DNA of 63,947 nucleotides, counting the filler, from Vicugna vicugna (lineage: Eukaryota), in the NCBI GenBank assembly GCA_013265495.1. It is 77 parts of 75 records of this genome, joined end to end, with 100 filler letters (N's around TTAATTAATTAA, not from the genome) between each part and the next. Parts side by side here need not be neighbours in the genome. Positions count along the whole stretch, not along the records: positions 1 to 556 come from PNXW01018918.1; positions 657 to 1,679 come from MU061428.1; positions 1,780 to 2,525 come from MU061430.1; positions 2,626 to 3,077 come from MU061431.1; positions 3,178 to 3,980 come from PNXW01018934.1; positions 4,081 to 4,562 come from MU061434.1; positions 4,663 to 5,545 come from PNXW01018941.1; positions 5,646 to 6,206 come from PNXW01018945.1; 69 more parts are not named here. The stretch is one strand, 5' to 3'. This document shows, piece after piece, positions 1 through 12,460 of the stretch (positions within the stretch are counted from its first letter, which is position 1; every line of letters starts with the position of its first letter). The notes under the pieces are model-generated. The model did not search any database. It was not told the origin of the DNA and saw nothing but the letters and a program-made list of their open reading frames with translations. The position numbers and the translations under genes are program-made.

Positions 1-656
1 AGTTACATAAGAACCCACAAATTGAGAGCACCTGCTGTAACAGGGCGTGAACCCCTTCTATTTGTCATCAGTGTCTTCAGGCCTGAGGCAGTTCTGAGCA
101 CGGCCAGTGTCAGTGCTGGTGTCTGGATTGATGCTACTGGGGGTGAGGGCACCTGCAAGCCGAGAGGAAGAACAGAAATCATCCTCTGCCTTTTCTGTCT
201 TGTTTCTTTGTTACTTTAAAAGAGAGGCATATATAAGATAAACTGTGTATCTACCCAAATGAAATTTCAGTAATGAAACCGTTTTTAAAGACTTCACAGC
301 TTATATTCTGCCTATAACTGTCTTTAAAAAAATATTTATTAAATGTTAATTAACTCAGTTAATTAACTCCCTGTTGAAACATTCTAGTAAAGAACATGAA
401 ATGCAGTATGTAAAAGAACCACACCTGCAGTGACTAGCTCAGCTGTCTTGACGGCAGTGCAGTCAACCCCCACCATCTTTTGGCCCTGAGCTCCTGATGC
501 TGGTAAGACATCACGCTGCCGCCTCAGATGGAGAGAAACGGTGAAAGCATTTCTTGNNNNNNNNNNNNNNNNNNNNNNNNNNNNNNNNNNNNNNNNNNNN
601 TTAATTAATTAANNNNNNNNNNNNNNNNNNNNNNNNNNNNNNNNNNNNNNNNNNNN

Positions 657-1679
657 CCTAACACCAGTTTCGAATTCGTTGTTTTTTCACAGAAAAATAG
701 TACTGGAGCGATTCCAATGAAATATATATGTAATTTACATGAATTCCATCAAAATGTCATTCCGGGTTCCGTACATGCTACATGTATGACAGATACGAAA
801 ACATGAGTCTCTGAGTTGTGAGCATGTGTATTATTGAACTTTCATCCACCATACAAGGCATATATACACTTAGAAATATTTACTCTGACTTCATAGGTTN
901 NNNNNNNNNNNNNNNNNNNNNNNNNNNNNNNNNNNNNNNNNNNNNNNNNNNNNNNNNNNNNNNNNNNNNNNNNNNNNNNNNNNNNNNNNNNNNNNNNNNN
1001 NNNNNNNNNNNNNNNNNNNNNNNNNNNNNNNNNNNNNNNNNNNNNNNNNNNNNNNNNNNNNNNNNNNNNNNNNNNNNNNNNNNNNNNNNNNNNNNNNNNN
1101 NNNNNNNNNNNNNNNNNNNNNNNNNNNNNNNNNNNNNNNNNNNNNNNNNNNNNNNNNNNNNNNNNNNNNNNNNNNNNNNNNNNNNNNNNNNNNCTCTTGG
1201 AGCGAATTCTACCCTAGAGATATGTAATTTGAATAGATTCCATCTAAATGATATTCCGTGTTCCGTACATGCTACATACATCACGGATATGACAAACATG
1301 CATTCCTGAGTTGAGAGCATTTGGATAACTAATCTTTCATCCTCTATAAAAGGAATATTTTCATCTAGACACGTGTAGACATTTTCACAAGCTTTCCCTA
1401 AAACCAGGTTTGAATTCGTGCATTTCTCACTGAAAAATACTTCTGGAGCTATTTCCTCCTAACAGATATGTAATTTACATGAAATCCATCAACATGGCAT
1501 TCCGGGTTCCGTACTTGATACATGCATGATGGATTCGGGATTCATGTGTTTCTGAGTTGAGAGCATGTGGATTACTCAACTTTCATCCACAAAACCAGGC
1601 GTATATACACTTAGAAATATTTACTCTGACTTCTTATGTTTTTTTCTATCACCAGGTTTTAAATCAGAGATTTGGCACC
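657..1679 (+). repeat. Satellite A (AT-rich, ~245-bp monomers, ~736-bp trimer), gapped
   Basis: Recurrent CATGCTACATG..GAC..A..CG.CAAACATG...CTGAGTTG.GAGCATGTGGA motif; matches 34976-35889. Confidence 0.9.
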
Positions 1680-1779
1680 NNNNNNNNNNNNNNNNNNNNN
1701 NNNNNNNNNNNNNNNNNNNNNNNTTAATTAATTAANNNNNNNNNNNNNNNNNNNNNNNNNNNNNNNNNNNNNNNNNNNN

Positions 1780-2525
1780 AAAACTTCTTCGTGTGTGTGC
1801 TGTGGTGGAGAAACAGTGTCCACGAATATTACATGGGGCAAAGTTATTCCATTGTTAGGGGTTGTTGTTTAAACACCTCAACTTCCCATGGAGCGGCACT
1901 CACTAATACTTGGATTTAGAGCCCAAATCCCACTTTGAACCGCACTCCAGCTTATGCAATCCATCAGGGAAGAGAAGCTTAAGGATTCTACTAGAACACT
2001 GGCACTGCTCTCAGTTGGAGGAACTTTCNNNNNNNNNNNNNNNNNNNNNNNNNNNNNNNNNNNNNNNNNNNNNNNNNNNNNNNNNNNNNNNNNNNNNNNN
2101 NNNNNNNNNNNNNNNNNNNNNNNNNNNNNNNNNNNNNNNNNNNNNNNNNNNNNNNNNNNNNNNNNNNNNNNNNNNNNNNNNNNNNNNNNNNNNNNNNNNN
2201 NNNNNNNNNNNNNNNNNNNNNNNNNNNNNNNNNNNNNNNNNNNNNNNNNNNNNNNNNNNNNNNNNNNNNNNNNNNNNNNNNNNNNNNNNNNNNNNNNNNN
2301 NNNNNNNNNNNNNNNNNNNNNNNNNNNNNNNNNNNNNNNNNNNNNNNNNNNNNNNNNNNNNNNNNNNNNNNNNNNNNNNNNNNNNNNNNNNNNNNNNNNC
2401 TGCCCAAAGCAGGCGCTTATTCTTGGCTTTAGAGCCCATTCCCCACTATCGCTCACTAGTAGGTCTAGGAAAAAACTTACGGAAGTCAAGATGAGTTATT
2501 CTATTAGAACGCAGGCGCTGCTGTC
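1780..2525 (-). repeat. Satellite B (~265-bp diverged monomers), gapped
   Basis: GGATTCTA.TAGAAC...GGC.CTGCT.TCAGTTGGAGGAAC motif shared with 47447-48376. Confidence 0.85.
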
Positions 2526-2625
2526 NNNNNNNNNNNNNNNNNNNNNNNNNNNNNNNNNNNNNNNNNNNNTTAATTAATTAANNNNNNNNNNNNNNNNNNN
2601 NNNNNNNNNNNNNNNNNNNNNNNNN

Positions 2626-3077
2626 AGAACCTGGTGATAGGAAAAACCTATGAAGTCAGAGTAAATAATTTTAGTCTATATACGCCTTTTTCGGAGAGTG
2701 AAAGTTCAGTAATCCACATGCTCACAAGTCAGAAACGCATGATTGTCGAATCCGTCATGCATGGAGCATGTACAGAACCCGGAATGCCATTTTGATGGAA
2801 TTCATGTAAATTACATACCTATTAGGTGGAAATCGCTGCAGAAAAATTTTTCTGTGAAAAATGCACGAATTAGAGGAAAGCATGTTAGGTGTTAGGGAAA
2901 GCATGTTAAAATGTGTACACGTGTCTAGATNNNNNNNNNNNNNNNNNNNNNNNNNNNNNNNNNNNNNNNNNNNNNNNNNNNNNNNNNNNCAACTCAGGAA
3001 TGTATGTTTGTCGAATCCGTCATATATGTAGTATGCATGAAACACGGAATATCTTGTAGATGGAATCTATTCAAATT
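2626..3077 (-). repeat. Satellite A
   Basis: Same sequence and orientation as 16905-17822 (GAAGTCAGAGTAAATA, AACCCGGAATGCCAT). Confidence 0.9.
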
Positions 3078-3689
3078 NNNNNNNNNNNNNNNNNNNNNNN
3101 NNNNNNNNNNNNNNNNNNNNNTTAATTAATTAANNNNNNNNNNNNNNNNNNNNNNNNNNNNNNNNNNNNNNNNNNNNACCAAGGCTGGGGATAGGCACAT
3201 GCAGCAACCAGAGCAGTATCACTTGTAGAAAGGCAAAAAGAGCTCAGGGGAGGGCTCAGGGTGTCAGCCTGATTTAATTTCATTCAATAAAAGAATACCA
3301 CAGTCTAAAAATACTAGCATTTAATGGATTTGCTCTTTCTTGACATCTAAAATGTTTCCACAGCCCACATGTAACATTATCATGAACTAGTGAAAGGAAG
3401 AGTCCACAGACAGGGAAAATCAATGCCACAGACAGGCTGAAACACAGGCTGGAGGAAAGGAAGAGAAAGGAAGAAAGGGCAAAGAAGAGGGGATAGTCTG
3501 GGAAAAAGACATCATCACAAGGACTCTCAAGCATCATCCAACAATCATATAATCATTCATTCAAGAGAGAGAGTTGCTGACGTCCTATTTTGTGTAAGAG
3601 TTTACAGCTGGCAAAGAAACCGCAGCGTCCATGGTGACAGCAAGTGGAGGGGCTATAATACAATTCTGATCCCGGTACCTTGCACACTT

Positions 3690-3980
3690 TTACTCAGTAT
3701 AAAGGCAAAAAAAATAAAATAAATTAATACTATGTAAACTCTACGCATTTTTTGAAAAAAAATTAAAGAAGACCTAAATACCTGGACAGACACACCACGC
3801 ACATTGCTGGAACAAATGACAGCGCTCTTGGAATGGCAGTGCTCCACAGAGCGATCCGTATACTCAACGTGGTCTCGATCACAGTCCCAGCGGGCTCCTC
3901 TGCAGCAACTGACTAGCTGCTGCTACAAATCATACGGGAATTCGAGGGTCTCAGTAACTAAAACGTACTTGAAAAAGAAG
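3690..3980 (+). mobile_element. Old LINE-1 ORF2 fragment (degenerate)
   Basis: AAAGAAGACCTAAATA..TGG..AGAC..ACCA.G resembles the mammalian L1 ORF2 post-RT region. Confidence 0.55.
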
Positions 3981-6306
3981 NNNNNNNNNNNNNNNNNNNN
4001 NNNNNNNNNNNNNNNNNNNNNNNNTTAATTAATTAANNNNNNNNNNNNNNNNNNNNNNNNNNNNNNNNNNNNNNNNNNNNACCTTTAATTTTTATATTTA
4101 TTAGGTTTAATCAATAATTCTTATTCCTAGAAGGAGTGCCAGAAGCCTTTGTGTGTGTGTGTGTGCATTCTATCTAATTTTATAGAAAAGTCTCTAGGAT
4201 GCCCAAGTTTCAGCCAAAGAGCTTAGGCCCTTCTCAATTTTTAATTTGATTAATTGGTGTGTTGTCCCAATCATTGATCAAGTATTTCAGTCTATATATA
4301 CATATATTTTAAACTGTGGTAAATAAAACGGAGTTGTTTGAACTTTAATGTTGGGGGGCAGTAGGTGATNNNNNNNNNNNNNNNNNNNNNNNNNNNNNNN
4401 NNNNNNNNNNNNNNNNNNNNNNNNNNNNNNNNNNNNNNNNNNNCAAAAATATCTATTTACCACATTTAAAATAACCATATAAAAATATTTATCCATTTGG
4501 GATAAGCTACTTATATATTTTTTTCGACATTTTTACAATCCTTTTCCCAGTTATTCAATTTANNNNNNNNNNNNNNNNNNNNNNNNNNNNNNNNNNNNNN
4601 NNNNNNTTAATTAATTAANNNNNNNNNNNNNNNNNNNNNNNNNNNNNNNNNNNNNNNNNNNNGGGTGATGACGGTATAATTTCTGAGCATGCTGTGGCAC
4701 TTCTACCTGTGCAGACGTGGCTGGAGGATGTCCACCTTCCTCACTGATTTTCCCCAACAGCATGGTCCTCTCCCACCCCTGGATGTGAGGTTGGGAGCTC
4801 TCTGAGTAGGCCAGTCAGAGGCCGAGTCCACCAATCAGAAAATGATGAAGTACCTGGAAGTGGGTTTAATAGAAGACAAGGGCTTCCAGGTTGTCAGATG
4901 GGCTGTTCGAGTCCATTTGGTGAAAAGCTGTCCACTGTCTGTGGTTGAGCTACTTCTTTGCTGTTGAAAAGTCTGGAGTAGATGAAGGGATTTTAAAAAG
5001 CAGAAAGGAGTGATTTCAGGTGGTACGTCCACACCGGTGAGAAGTGATGGATGACCGCCTTTGTGAGTCATAGACATTCTTACAAACTTCATAAAACAGC
5101 TTTAAAAGCTCTTCAATCTGAGTGCACTTCATATGGGGTCCAGATCATCACTGGTCGCACGGTGAGGGCAAGTAACTGATAATGGCAGAAAGGACACGGA
5201 GGCATCAAAAAGGTCTCAGTCACTTTCCCTGTTTAAAGGATGCAGCACAGTGTAATATATTTTAGCTGGTTTTTCACTGAAAAGTTTTTAGTGTTTTCTG
5301 GGGCTCCCCAGTGCCCCAAGGTTCCATGCAGCTGGGTGTCCCCTCAGTGCAGCTCTGTCATCGCTTGCCCTGGGCTGACGCTGTGTCACGGGGAGCAGGA
5401 CGGTCCGCGTCCCCGGCTCCTCCGAGCTCCGTCTCCTCATCCGCAGAGCCGGGTTTCTCATCCGTGTCTACTTAGTAGGGTTGCTGAGAATCACACGTGA
5501 TGCTTCAGGTGTGACTTGTGGTTGTCTCTGTGATTGGCATATAGTNNNNNNNNNNNNNNNNNNNNNNNNNNNNNNNNNNNNNNNNNNNNTTAATTAATTA
5601 ANNNNNNNNNNNNNNNNNNNNNNNNNNNNNNNNNNNNNNNNNNNNAGAACGAGGGTATAAAAGAAATAATGAATTAAAAATTCTAGTGCCTGAATAAGTG
5701 CTACATTACACTGGCTATATTATAAGGTTAGACAACTTCATCACCAATTTACATACCACATCTTGTAGTTAGATTTTATTTATCTTTTTTTTCTAAAGGA
5801 AAAAATCATTTGTTGAGTTCTTGTGTCAGAGGTGACGAGCAGATAGCAAGTGTAAAACCGGGAATCGTGATGCTGGTCAGTCTAAGACCATCTCCGTCAC
5901 TGCACAGATCATCTTTACTCATTTTACTGCACTTTTTGGAATCACCTTCTCACTTGGAAAAACCCCTGTGTCAGTTGGATTTGTTAGTAAAACAATTCTT
6001 TTTCTTACCTAGAACATCAGTGATGTTTTCAAGATGATAAAAAAAATATCCATGGCATTTAAACAGTTGCTTGTTCTTGTAATTCATGGATCACAGTCTC
6101 ATATTTGTCACAATTGAAGAACTGTGTTTTCTGTGTGCAAATTCTCATTGCTTTGGTGGCACAGGGACACGTGTCCTTACTTGATGGAGTATGATTGTTG
6201 TTGTTTNNNNNNNNNNNNNNNNNNNNNNNNNNNNNNNNNNNNNNNNNNNNTTAATTAATTAANNNNNNNNNNNNNNNNNNNNNNNNNNNNNNNNNNNNNN
6301 NNNNNN

Positions 6307-6981
6307 TGCATGAATCATGTTCGGAATACGGAATGCCATGGATATGTAGACCATGTAAATTACATGTGTATTGTTGAGAATTCGCTCAGTTTTTCTGGTA
6401 CCTAATGTCCTATTTTAGGACCTGGTTATAGAAAAAAACTATGAAGTCCGAGAAAATATTTCTAAGGATATATACGCCTTGTTTGGTGGATGAAATCTCA
6501 GTAATCCACATGCTCAGAAGCCAGAAACATATGATTGCCGAATCCATCATACATGTAGCATGTACGGAACCCGGAATGCCATCTTGTTGGAATTCATGTA
6601 AATTACACATCTAGTGGAAATCGCTCCAGAACAATTTTTCTGTGAAAAAAGCATGAATTCGAACTTGGTGTTAGGGAAAGCTTGTGAAAATGTGTACACG
6701 TGTCTAGATGAAAATATTCCTTTTATAGAGGATGAAAGATTACTTATCCACATGCTCTCAACACAGGAATGCATGTTTGTCAATTCAGTCATGTATGTAG
6801 CATGTAATGAACACGGAATATCATGTATATGGAATCTATTCAAATTACATGTCTCTAGGGTAGAATTCGCTCCAAGAGGGTTTTTGTGAAATCGAAATGT
6901 GATCCTTGAAACTGGTGATAGGAAGAAACTACGAAATCAACGTAAATATTTCAGAGTGTATAGGTAACTTGTTTGGTGGTT
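6307..6981 (-). repeat. Satellite A
   Basis: AAATTACA anchors about 245 bp apart; matches 16905-17822. Confidence 0.9.
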
Positions 6982-7089
6982 NNNNNNNNNNNNNNNNNNN
7001 NNNNNNNNNNNNNNNNNNNNNNNNNTTAATTAATTAANNNNNNNNNNNNNNNNNNNNNNNNNNNNNNNNNNNNNNNNNNNNCTCAGCTC

Positions 7090-7614
7090 ATGTTCCAGAG
7101 CCTCCAGTGGGAGGCAGTGTTGAGTCTCCCTGTCTTCACCTCATTGGTGAGTGTCTTATTTACCTGCAGGCTTATTCAGTCTGTTAAGAGTCACCTTTAT
7201 CAAAGCTATGAAAAGCAGCTGGCTGAAACACTGGCTGCCCAGATAGAAGAGAAGTGCCACCTCATCGACCAGCTGTATGTGGCTAAACAGGAGCGTGCCA
7301 GCATGGAGATGCCTTTAAGGAACGCCGGGCTAGAGAAGGAGCCAGTAAACGTACCCAGCCTCACTAAGGCTTACAGACACTTGATGACTTTCAACCTGAG
7401 TTCAAGGAAGGAAATCAGTTTTGTCATTGAAGAACTGAGGAAAGAGAGATCCCTGCAGTCCATTCAAGCAGAGGTGACGGAGATGCTGAAAGTGCGCACG
7501 TTCCTGGAAAAGGTCACGAGAATCAGCACATCACAAGGGGCTGTTACACATGAGCAAGGGGACCGAGCACCAAGTCCTGCTAGTCCCTTTCCCAGGAGTG
7601 GGTCCTCGTGTTAA
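7090..7614 (+). CDS. Intronless cTAGE5/MIA2-derived retrocopy ORF, 174 aa (TM segment plus first coiled coil, no proline-rich tail)
   Basis: WEAVLSLPVFTSLVSVLFTCRLIQSVKSHLYQSYEKQLAETLAAQIEEKCHLI aligns by recall to cTAGE5 [53 protein letters not shown]. ATG to TAA without disruption. Expression unknown. Confidence 0.72.
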   Translation: MFQSLQWEAVLSLPVFTSLVSVLFTCRLIQSVKSHLYQSYEKQLAETLAAQIEEKCHLIDQLYVAKQERASMEMPLRNAGLEKEPVNVPSLTKAYRHLMTFNLSSRKEISFVIEELRKERSLQSIQAEVTEMLKVRTFLEKVTRISTSQGAVTHEQGDRAPSPASPFPRSGSSC

Positions 7615-7727
7615 AGCCATGCTGTGCNNNNNNNNNNNNNNNNNNNNNNNNNNNNNNNNNNNNNNNNNNNNTTAATTAATTAANNNNNNNNNNNNNNNNN
7701 NNNNNNNNNNNNNNNNNNNNNNNNNNN

Positions 7728-8463
7728 GGAATAAGGAATGCCATGGTTATATAAACAATGTAAATTACATATATATTGGTGAGTATTCGCTCAAAGAGGG
7801 TTTTCTGTTGCCAAATGTCCGGTTTTAAAACCTGGTGATAGAAAAAACTTATGAAGTCAGAGTAAATACTTCTAAGTGTATATATGCCTTGTTTGGTGGA
7901 TGAAAGTTCACTAATACACATGCTCACAACTCAAAAACTCATGTTTGTCGAATCTGTCATGCATGTAGCAAGTACGGAACCCGGAAAGCCATGTTGATGG
8001 AATTCATGTAAATTACATATCTGTTAGGTGGGAATTGCTCCAGAAGTATTTCTCTGTGAAAAATGCACGAATTCGAAACTGGTGTTAGGGAAAGCTTGTG
8101 AAAATGAGTACACGTGTCTAGATGAAAATATTCCATTTATAGAGGAAGAAAGAACACAAATCCACATGCTCTCAACTCAGGAATGCATGTTTGTTGACTC
8201 CGTCATGCATGTAGCATGTACGGATTACAGATTATAATTATGATGGAATCCATTCAAATTAAATATCTCTAGGGTAGAATTCGTNNNNNNNNNNNNNNNN
8301 NNNNNNNNNNGAAGAAGCTCCGAAGTCAAAGGAAATATTTCAAAGTGCATAGGTAACTTGTTTGTAGGTTGAAACATCGGTCATGCGCATGTTGACAACT
8401 CAGAAATGCATGTTTGCAGAATTCGTGATACATGAATCATGTTCAGAATACGCAATGGCATGG
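7728..8463 (-). repeat. Satellite A
   Basis: About one full trimer; matches 16905-17822. Confidence 0.9.
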
Positions 8464-9144
8464 NNNNNNNNNNNNNNNNNNNNNNNNNNNNNNNNNNNNN
8501 NNNNNNNTTAATTAATTAANNNNNNNNNNNNNNNNNNNNNNNNNNNNNNNNNNNNNNNNNNNNTACCACAGGCAATTATGATAAGACTGAGTATAAGTTC
8601 TTACAACAATTAGTTTAGAAATCATAATTTCTACTTGATTCAAACCGCTTCTTCTATAATATTTGAATCTTTTTTCTTCAGACGGATTTGTGCCATTTGT
8701 CCCAGTGATAAAATTTTCAACTGGCTTTTATTAAAAATGTTCACCATAGTGAGAGTTTATTGCATCAACTATTCTTTTATGGGAAACCCATGTGCCTTGT
8801 CACTCTCTTTCATAATATTTCCTGTGGAAAATTGAATCCTTCATTCAGGAAAAGGCTGAGCAATATATCTCATGGAAAACCGTCCTAAACTGCAACACAA
8901 GAAAATGAAATTGACACTGAGCAGCCCGTGAAGCCGGCAGACACATGCAGTGCACTGTTGTGTTCCCGCCTCGAATTTCTGTAACCAACAAACAGGGACA
9001 TGTGCATCTCAAGAAATAGACATAAACAATTTTCAGGACCTGAGNNNNNNNNNNNNNNNNNNNNNNNNNNNNNNNNNNNNNNNNNNNNTTAATTAATTAA
9101 NNNNNNNNNNNNNNNNNNNNNNNNNNNNNNNNNNNNNNNNNNNN

Positions 9145-9912
9145 CAACTTGGGAATTACTGTGACCCCTGAAAAATGCGTGTGCTCTTTGCCCACGTCCA
9201 GCACACACAGGAAGAAGTATTCTGGGGTTCTGAGATTGGGGAGGTTCCTCCAAAAGACAGCAGCACCTGGGTTTTAATAGAATCCCTTAGCTTGACTTCC
9301 CTAAGTGTTTTCCTAGGCCTAGCAGTAAACGATGGTGGGGGATGGGCTCTAAAGCCATGTATTAGCGAGTGCATCTCTGTGGGTAGTAGAGGGTTTTAAA
9401 CTACTTCCCCAACCTTGGAACACCTGTGCCCCATAAAGATGCGTGGAANNNNNNNNNNNNNNNNNNNNNNNNNNNNNNNNNNNNNNNNNNNNNNNNNNNN
9501 NNNNNNNNNNNNNNNNNNNNNNNNNNNNNNNNNNNNNNNNNNNNNNNNNNNNNNNNNNNNNNNNNNNNNNNNNNNNNNNNNNNNNNNNNNNNNNNNNNNN
9601 NNNNNNNNNNNNNNNNNNNNNNNNNNNNNNNNNNNNNNNNNNNNNNNNNNNNNNNNNNNNNNNNNNNNNNNNNNNNNNNNNNNNNNNNNNNNNNNNNNNN
9701 NNNNNNNNNNNNNNNNNNNNNNNNNNNNNNNNNNNNNNNNNNNNNNNNNNNNNNNNNNNNNNNNNNNNNNNNNNNNNNNNNNNNNNNNNNNNNNNNNNNN
9801 NNNNNNNNNNNNNNNNNNNNNNNNTTTAGGCCAGGAGGGAAAGATGGGGGTTGGGCTTGGAAGCCACGTAGCAGTGAGTGACACCTGATCCACTGAGGAA
9901 GTACTTAGAGGA
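9145..9912 (+). repeat. Satellite B, gapped
   Basis: GGGGAGGTTCCTCCAA..GACAGCAGCACCTGGGTT.TAATAGAATCCCTTAGCTTGAC motif; matches 22443-23315. Confidence 0.88.
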
Positions 9913-11207
9913 NNNNNNNNNNNNNNNNNNNNNNNNNNNNNNNNNNNNNNNNNNNNTTAATTAATTAANNNNNNNNNNNNNNNNNNNNNNNNNNNNNNNN
10001 NNNNNNNNNNNNTCTTATGGGTGGGACTATATATTAATCTTCTTATTTCTAGTATTTTCCAGCAAATACCCTAGGTTTATATTTGCTACATAAATCTATC
10101 CACAACTATTCCCCGCCCCGTGTTATAAGAAACCAAGACCCAAGTTAAGCTACCTGAACCCCTATGTGGAAGTGAGAAATGAGATCCTTGGGTGGGGCTT
10201 TGTTCAGATGATACTTAGAGCTTATTCAGGATGGCTTCTTCTTAATTCCTTTTAAACAACCCTTTNNNNNNNNNNNNNNNNNNNNNNNNNNNNNNNNNNN
10301 NNNNNNNNNNNNNNNNNNNNNNNNNNNNNNNNNNNNNNNNNNNNNNNNNNNNNNNNNNNNNNNNNNNNNNNNNNNNNNNNNNNNNNNNNNNNNNNNNNNN
10401 NNNNNNNNNNNNNNNNNNNNNNNNNNNNNNNNNNNNNNNNNNNNNNNNNNNNNNNNNNNNNNNNNNNNNNNNNNNNNNNNNNNNNNNNNNNNNNNNNNNN
10501 NNNNNNNNNNNNNNNNNNNNNNNNNNNNNNNNNNNNNNNNNNNNNNNNNNNNNNNNNNNNNNNNNNNNNNNNNNNNNNNNNNNNNNNNNNNNNNNNNNNN
10601 NNNNNNNNNNNNNNNNNNNNNNNNNNNNNNNNNNNNNGCTGGAATGCATTTTTATTAATATTAAGTAAGCACATATTGAGTGCATACTGTATGATGGAAT
10701 TGTCCCTCAGCCTCACATGAATATTATTTCTCTTAAAACCTCACATATTTCCTTGTTATTCTCACTTTACAGATAAGGAGACTGAGCATTAGGTTTTCTC
10801 TCTTTTGGAGGGAGCTCATTATCAATGACGGGAAATTTTAAGGAAAAAGATATTGATTCATCCTGAGAAAACATTTTTCTGAGAGTCAGCAATGAAGAAG
10901 ATGATCACTGAAGAAGGTAATGATTGTTCGAGTGAGACAAGCCCTGGGATGTACGGAGTCAGTATCCCTGTCCTGGACACAGCACGTGTAGAACTATGTG
11001 GTGGGTGAGGCAGCGCGGCCTCGCAGGGTACGCGGATGCCGGGTCATTCGGCTGTGCTCAGCCCTGGTGGGACTTCCACCTAAGGGCAGTGGACCGTCAT
11101 TGACAGANNNNNNNNNNNNNNNNNNNNNNNNNNNNNNNNNNNNNNNNNNNNTTAATTAATTAANNNNNNNNNNNNNNNNNNNNNNNNNNNNNNNNNNNNN
11201 NNNNNNN

Positions 11208-12360
11208 GTTCCGGAATCCTGAGCGTGGGGAGGTTCCACCAACGGTCGGAAATGCTTGTGTTCTAACGGAATGCTTTAGCTCGTATCTCCTGAGGGTTTT
11301 CCTAATGTCTCTGTGCCAGGGAATGCTAGGGGTGATTCCAGGATATCCCAGTGTCCGAGGCTGCCTCCCCAAGGTCAGGGAAGGTATTTCTCNNNNNNNN
11401 NNNNNNNNNNNNNNNNNNNNNNNNNNNNNNNNNNNNNNNNNNNNNNNNNNNNNNNNNNNNNNNNNNNNNNNNNNNNNNNNNNNNNNNNNNNNNNNNNNNN
11501 NNNNNNNNNNNNNNNNNNNNNNNNNNNNNNNNNNNNNNNNNNNNNNNNNNNNNNNNNNNNNNNNNNNNNNNNNNNNNNNNNNNNNNNNNNNNNNNNNNNN
11601 NNNNNNNNNNNNNNNNNNNNNNNNNNNNNNNNNNNNNNNNNNNNNNNNNNGGACTTCCCCGAACAGGGAACACCTGTGACTGAAGAGAGCTGCGTGGAGT
11701 TGTCTCTCGAGCTCCCCCACGCACTGACAATGGTTCCGGAATCCTGAGCGTGGGGAGGTTCCACCAACGGTTGGCAGCGCGTGGGTTCTAACGGAATGCC
11801 TAAGCTCGTCTCCCCTGAGGATTTTCCTAATGTCTCTGTGCCAGGGAATGCAAGGGGGGTTTACAGGATATAACAGTGACCGAGGCTGCCTACCCAATGT
11901 CAGGAAAGGTATATCCCGGACTTCCTCGAACAGAGAAATCCTGTGACTGAAGAGAGCTGCGTGGAGTTGTCTCTCGAGCACCACCACGCTCTGACAATGG
12001 TTCCGGAATCTTGAGAATGGGGAGGTTCCAGCAACGATCGGCAACGTGTGGGTTCTAACGGAATGCCTAAGCTCGTCTCCCCTGAGGGTTTTCCTAATAT
12101 CTCTGTGCCAGGGAATGCTAGGGGTGATTGCAGGATATCCCAGTGTCAGAGGCTGCCTCCCCANNNNNNNNNNNNNNNNNNNNNNNNNNNNNNNNNNNNN
12201 NNNNNNNNNNNNNNNNNNNNNNNNNNNNNNNNNNNNNNGAGCTGCGTGTTCTCTCGAGCTCCCCCACGCACTGACAATGGTTCCGGAATCCTGAGCTTGG
12301 GGAAGTTCCAACAATGGTCAGCAGCGAGTGGGTTCTAACGGAATGCCTAAGCTCATCTCC
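11208..12360 (+). repeat. Satellite C (267-bp CpG-rich monomer), gapped
   Basis: Tandem near-identical copies of TGACAATGGTTCCGGAATCCTGAGCGTGGGGAGGTTCCACCAACG. Confidence 0.95.
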
Positions 12361-12460
12361 NNNNNNNNNNNNNNNNNNNNNNNNNNNNNNNNNNNNNNNN
12401 NNNNTTAATTAATTAANNNNNNNNNNNNNNNNNNNNNNNNNNNNNNNNNNNNNNNNNNNN

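Noticed and set aside
6614..6889. Recurring ORF LVLGKACENVYTCLDENIPFIE (also 8028-8237)
   Set aside because: Satellite A translation; the frame is broken in other copies.
8600..8825. Possible decayed exon on the minus strand (KYYERE*QGTWVSHKRIVDAINSHYGEHF) after a CACAG acceptor
   Set aside because: Several stops and no homologue recognised; needs BLASTX.
11160..12314. 384-aa repetitive ORF, and the 222-aa ORF at 21016-21684
   Set aside because: Translation of satellite C. 267 is a multiple of 3, so a stop-free frame repeats; other copies are frameshifted and no domain is recognisable.
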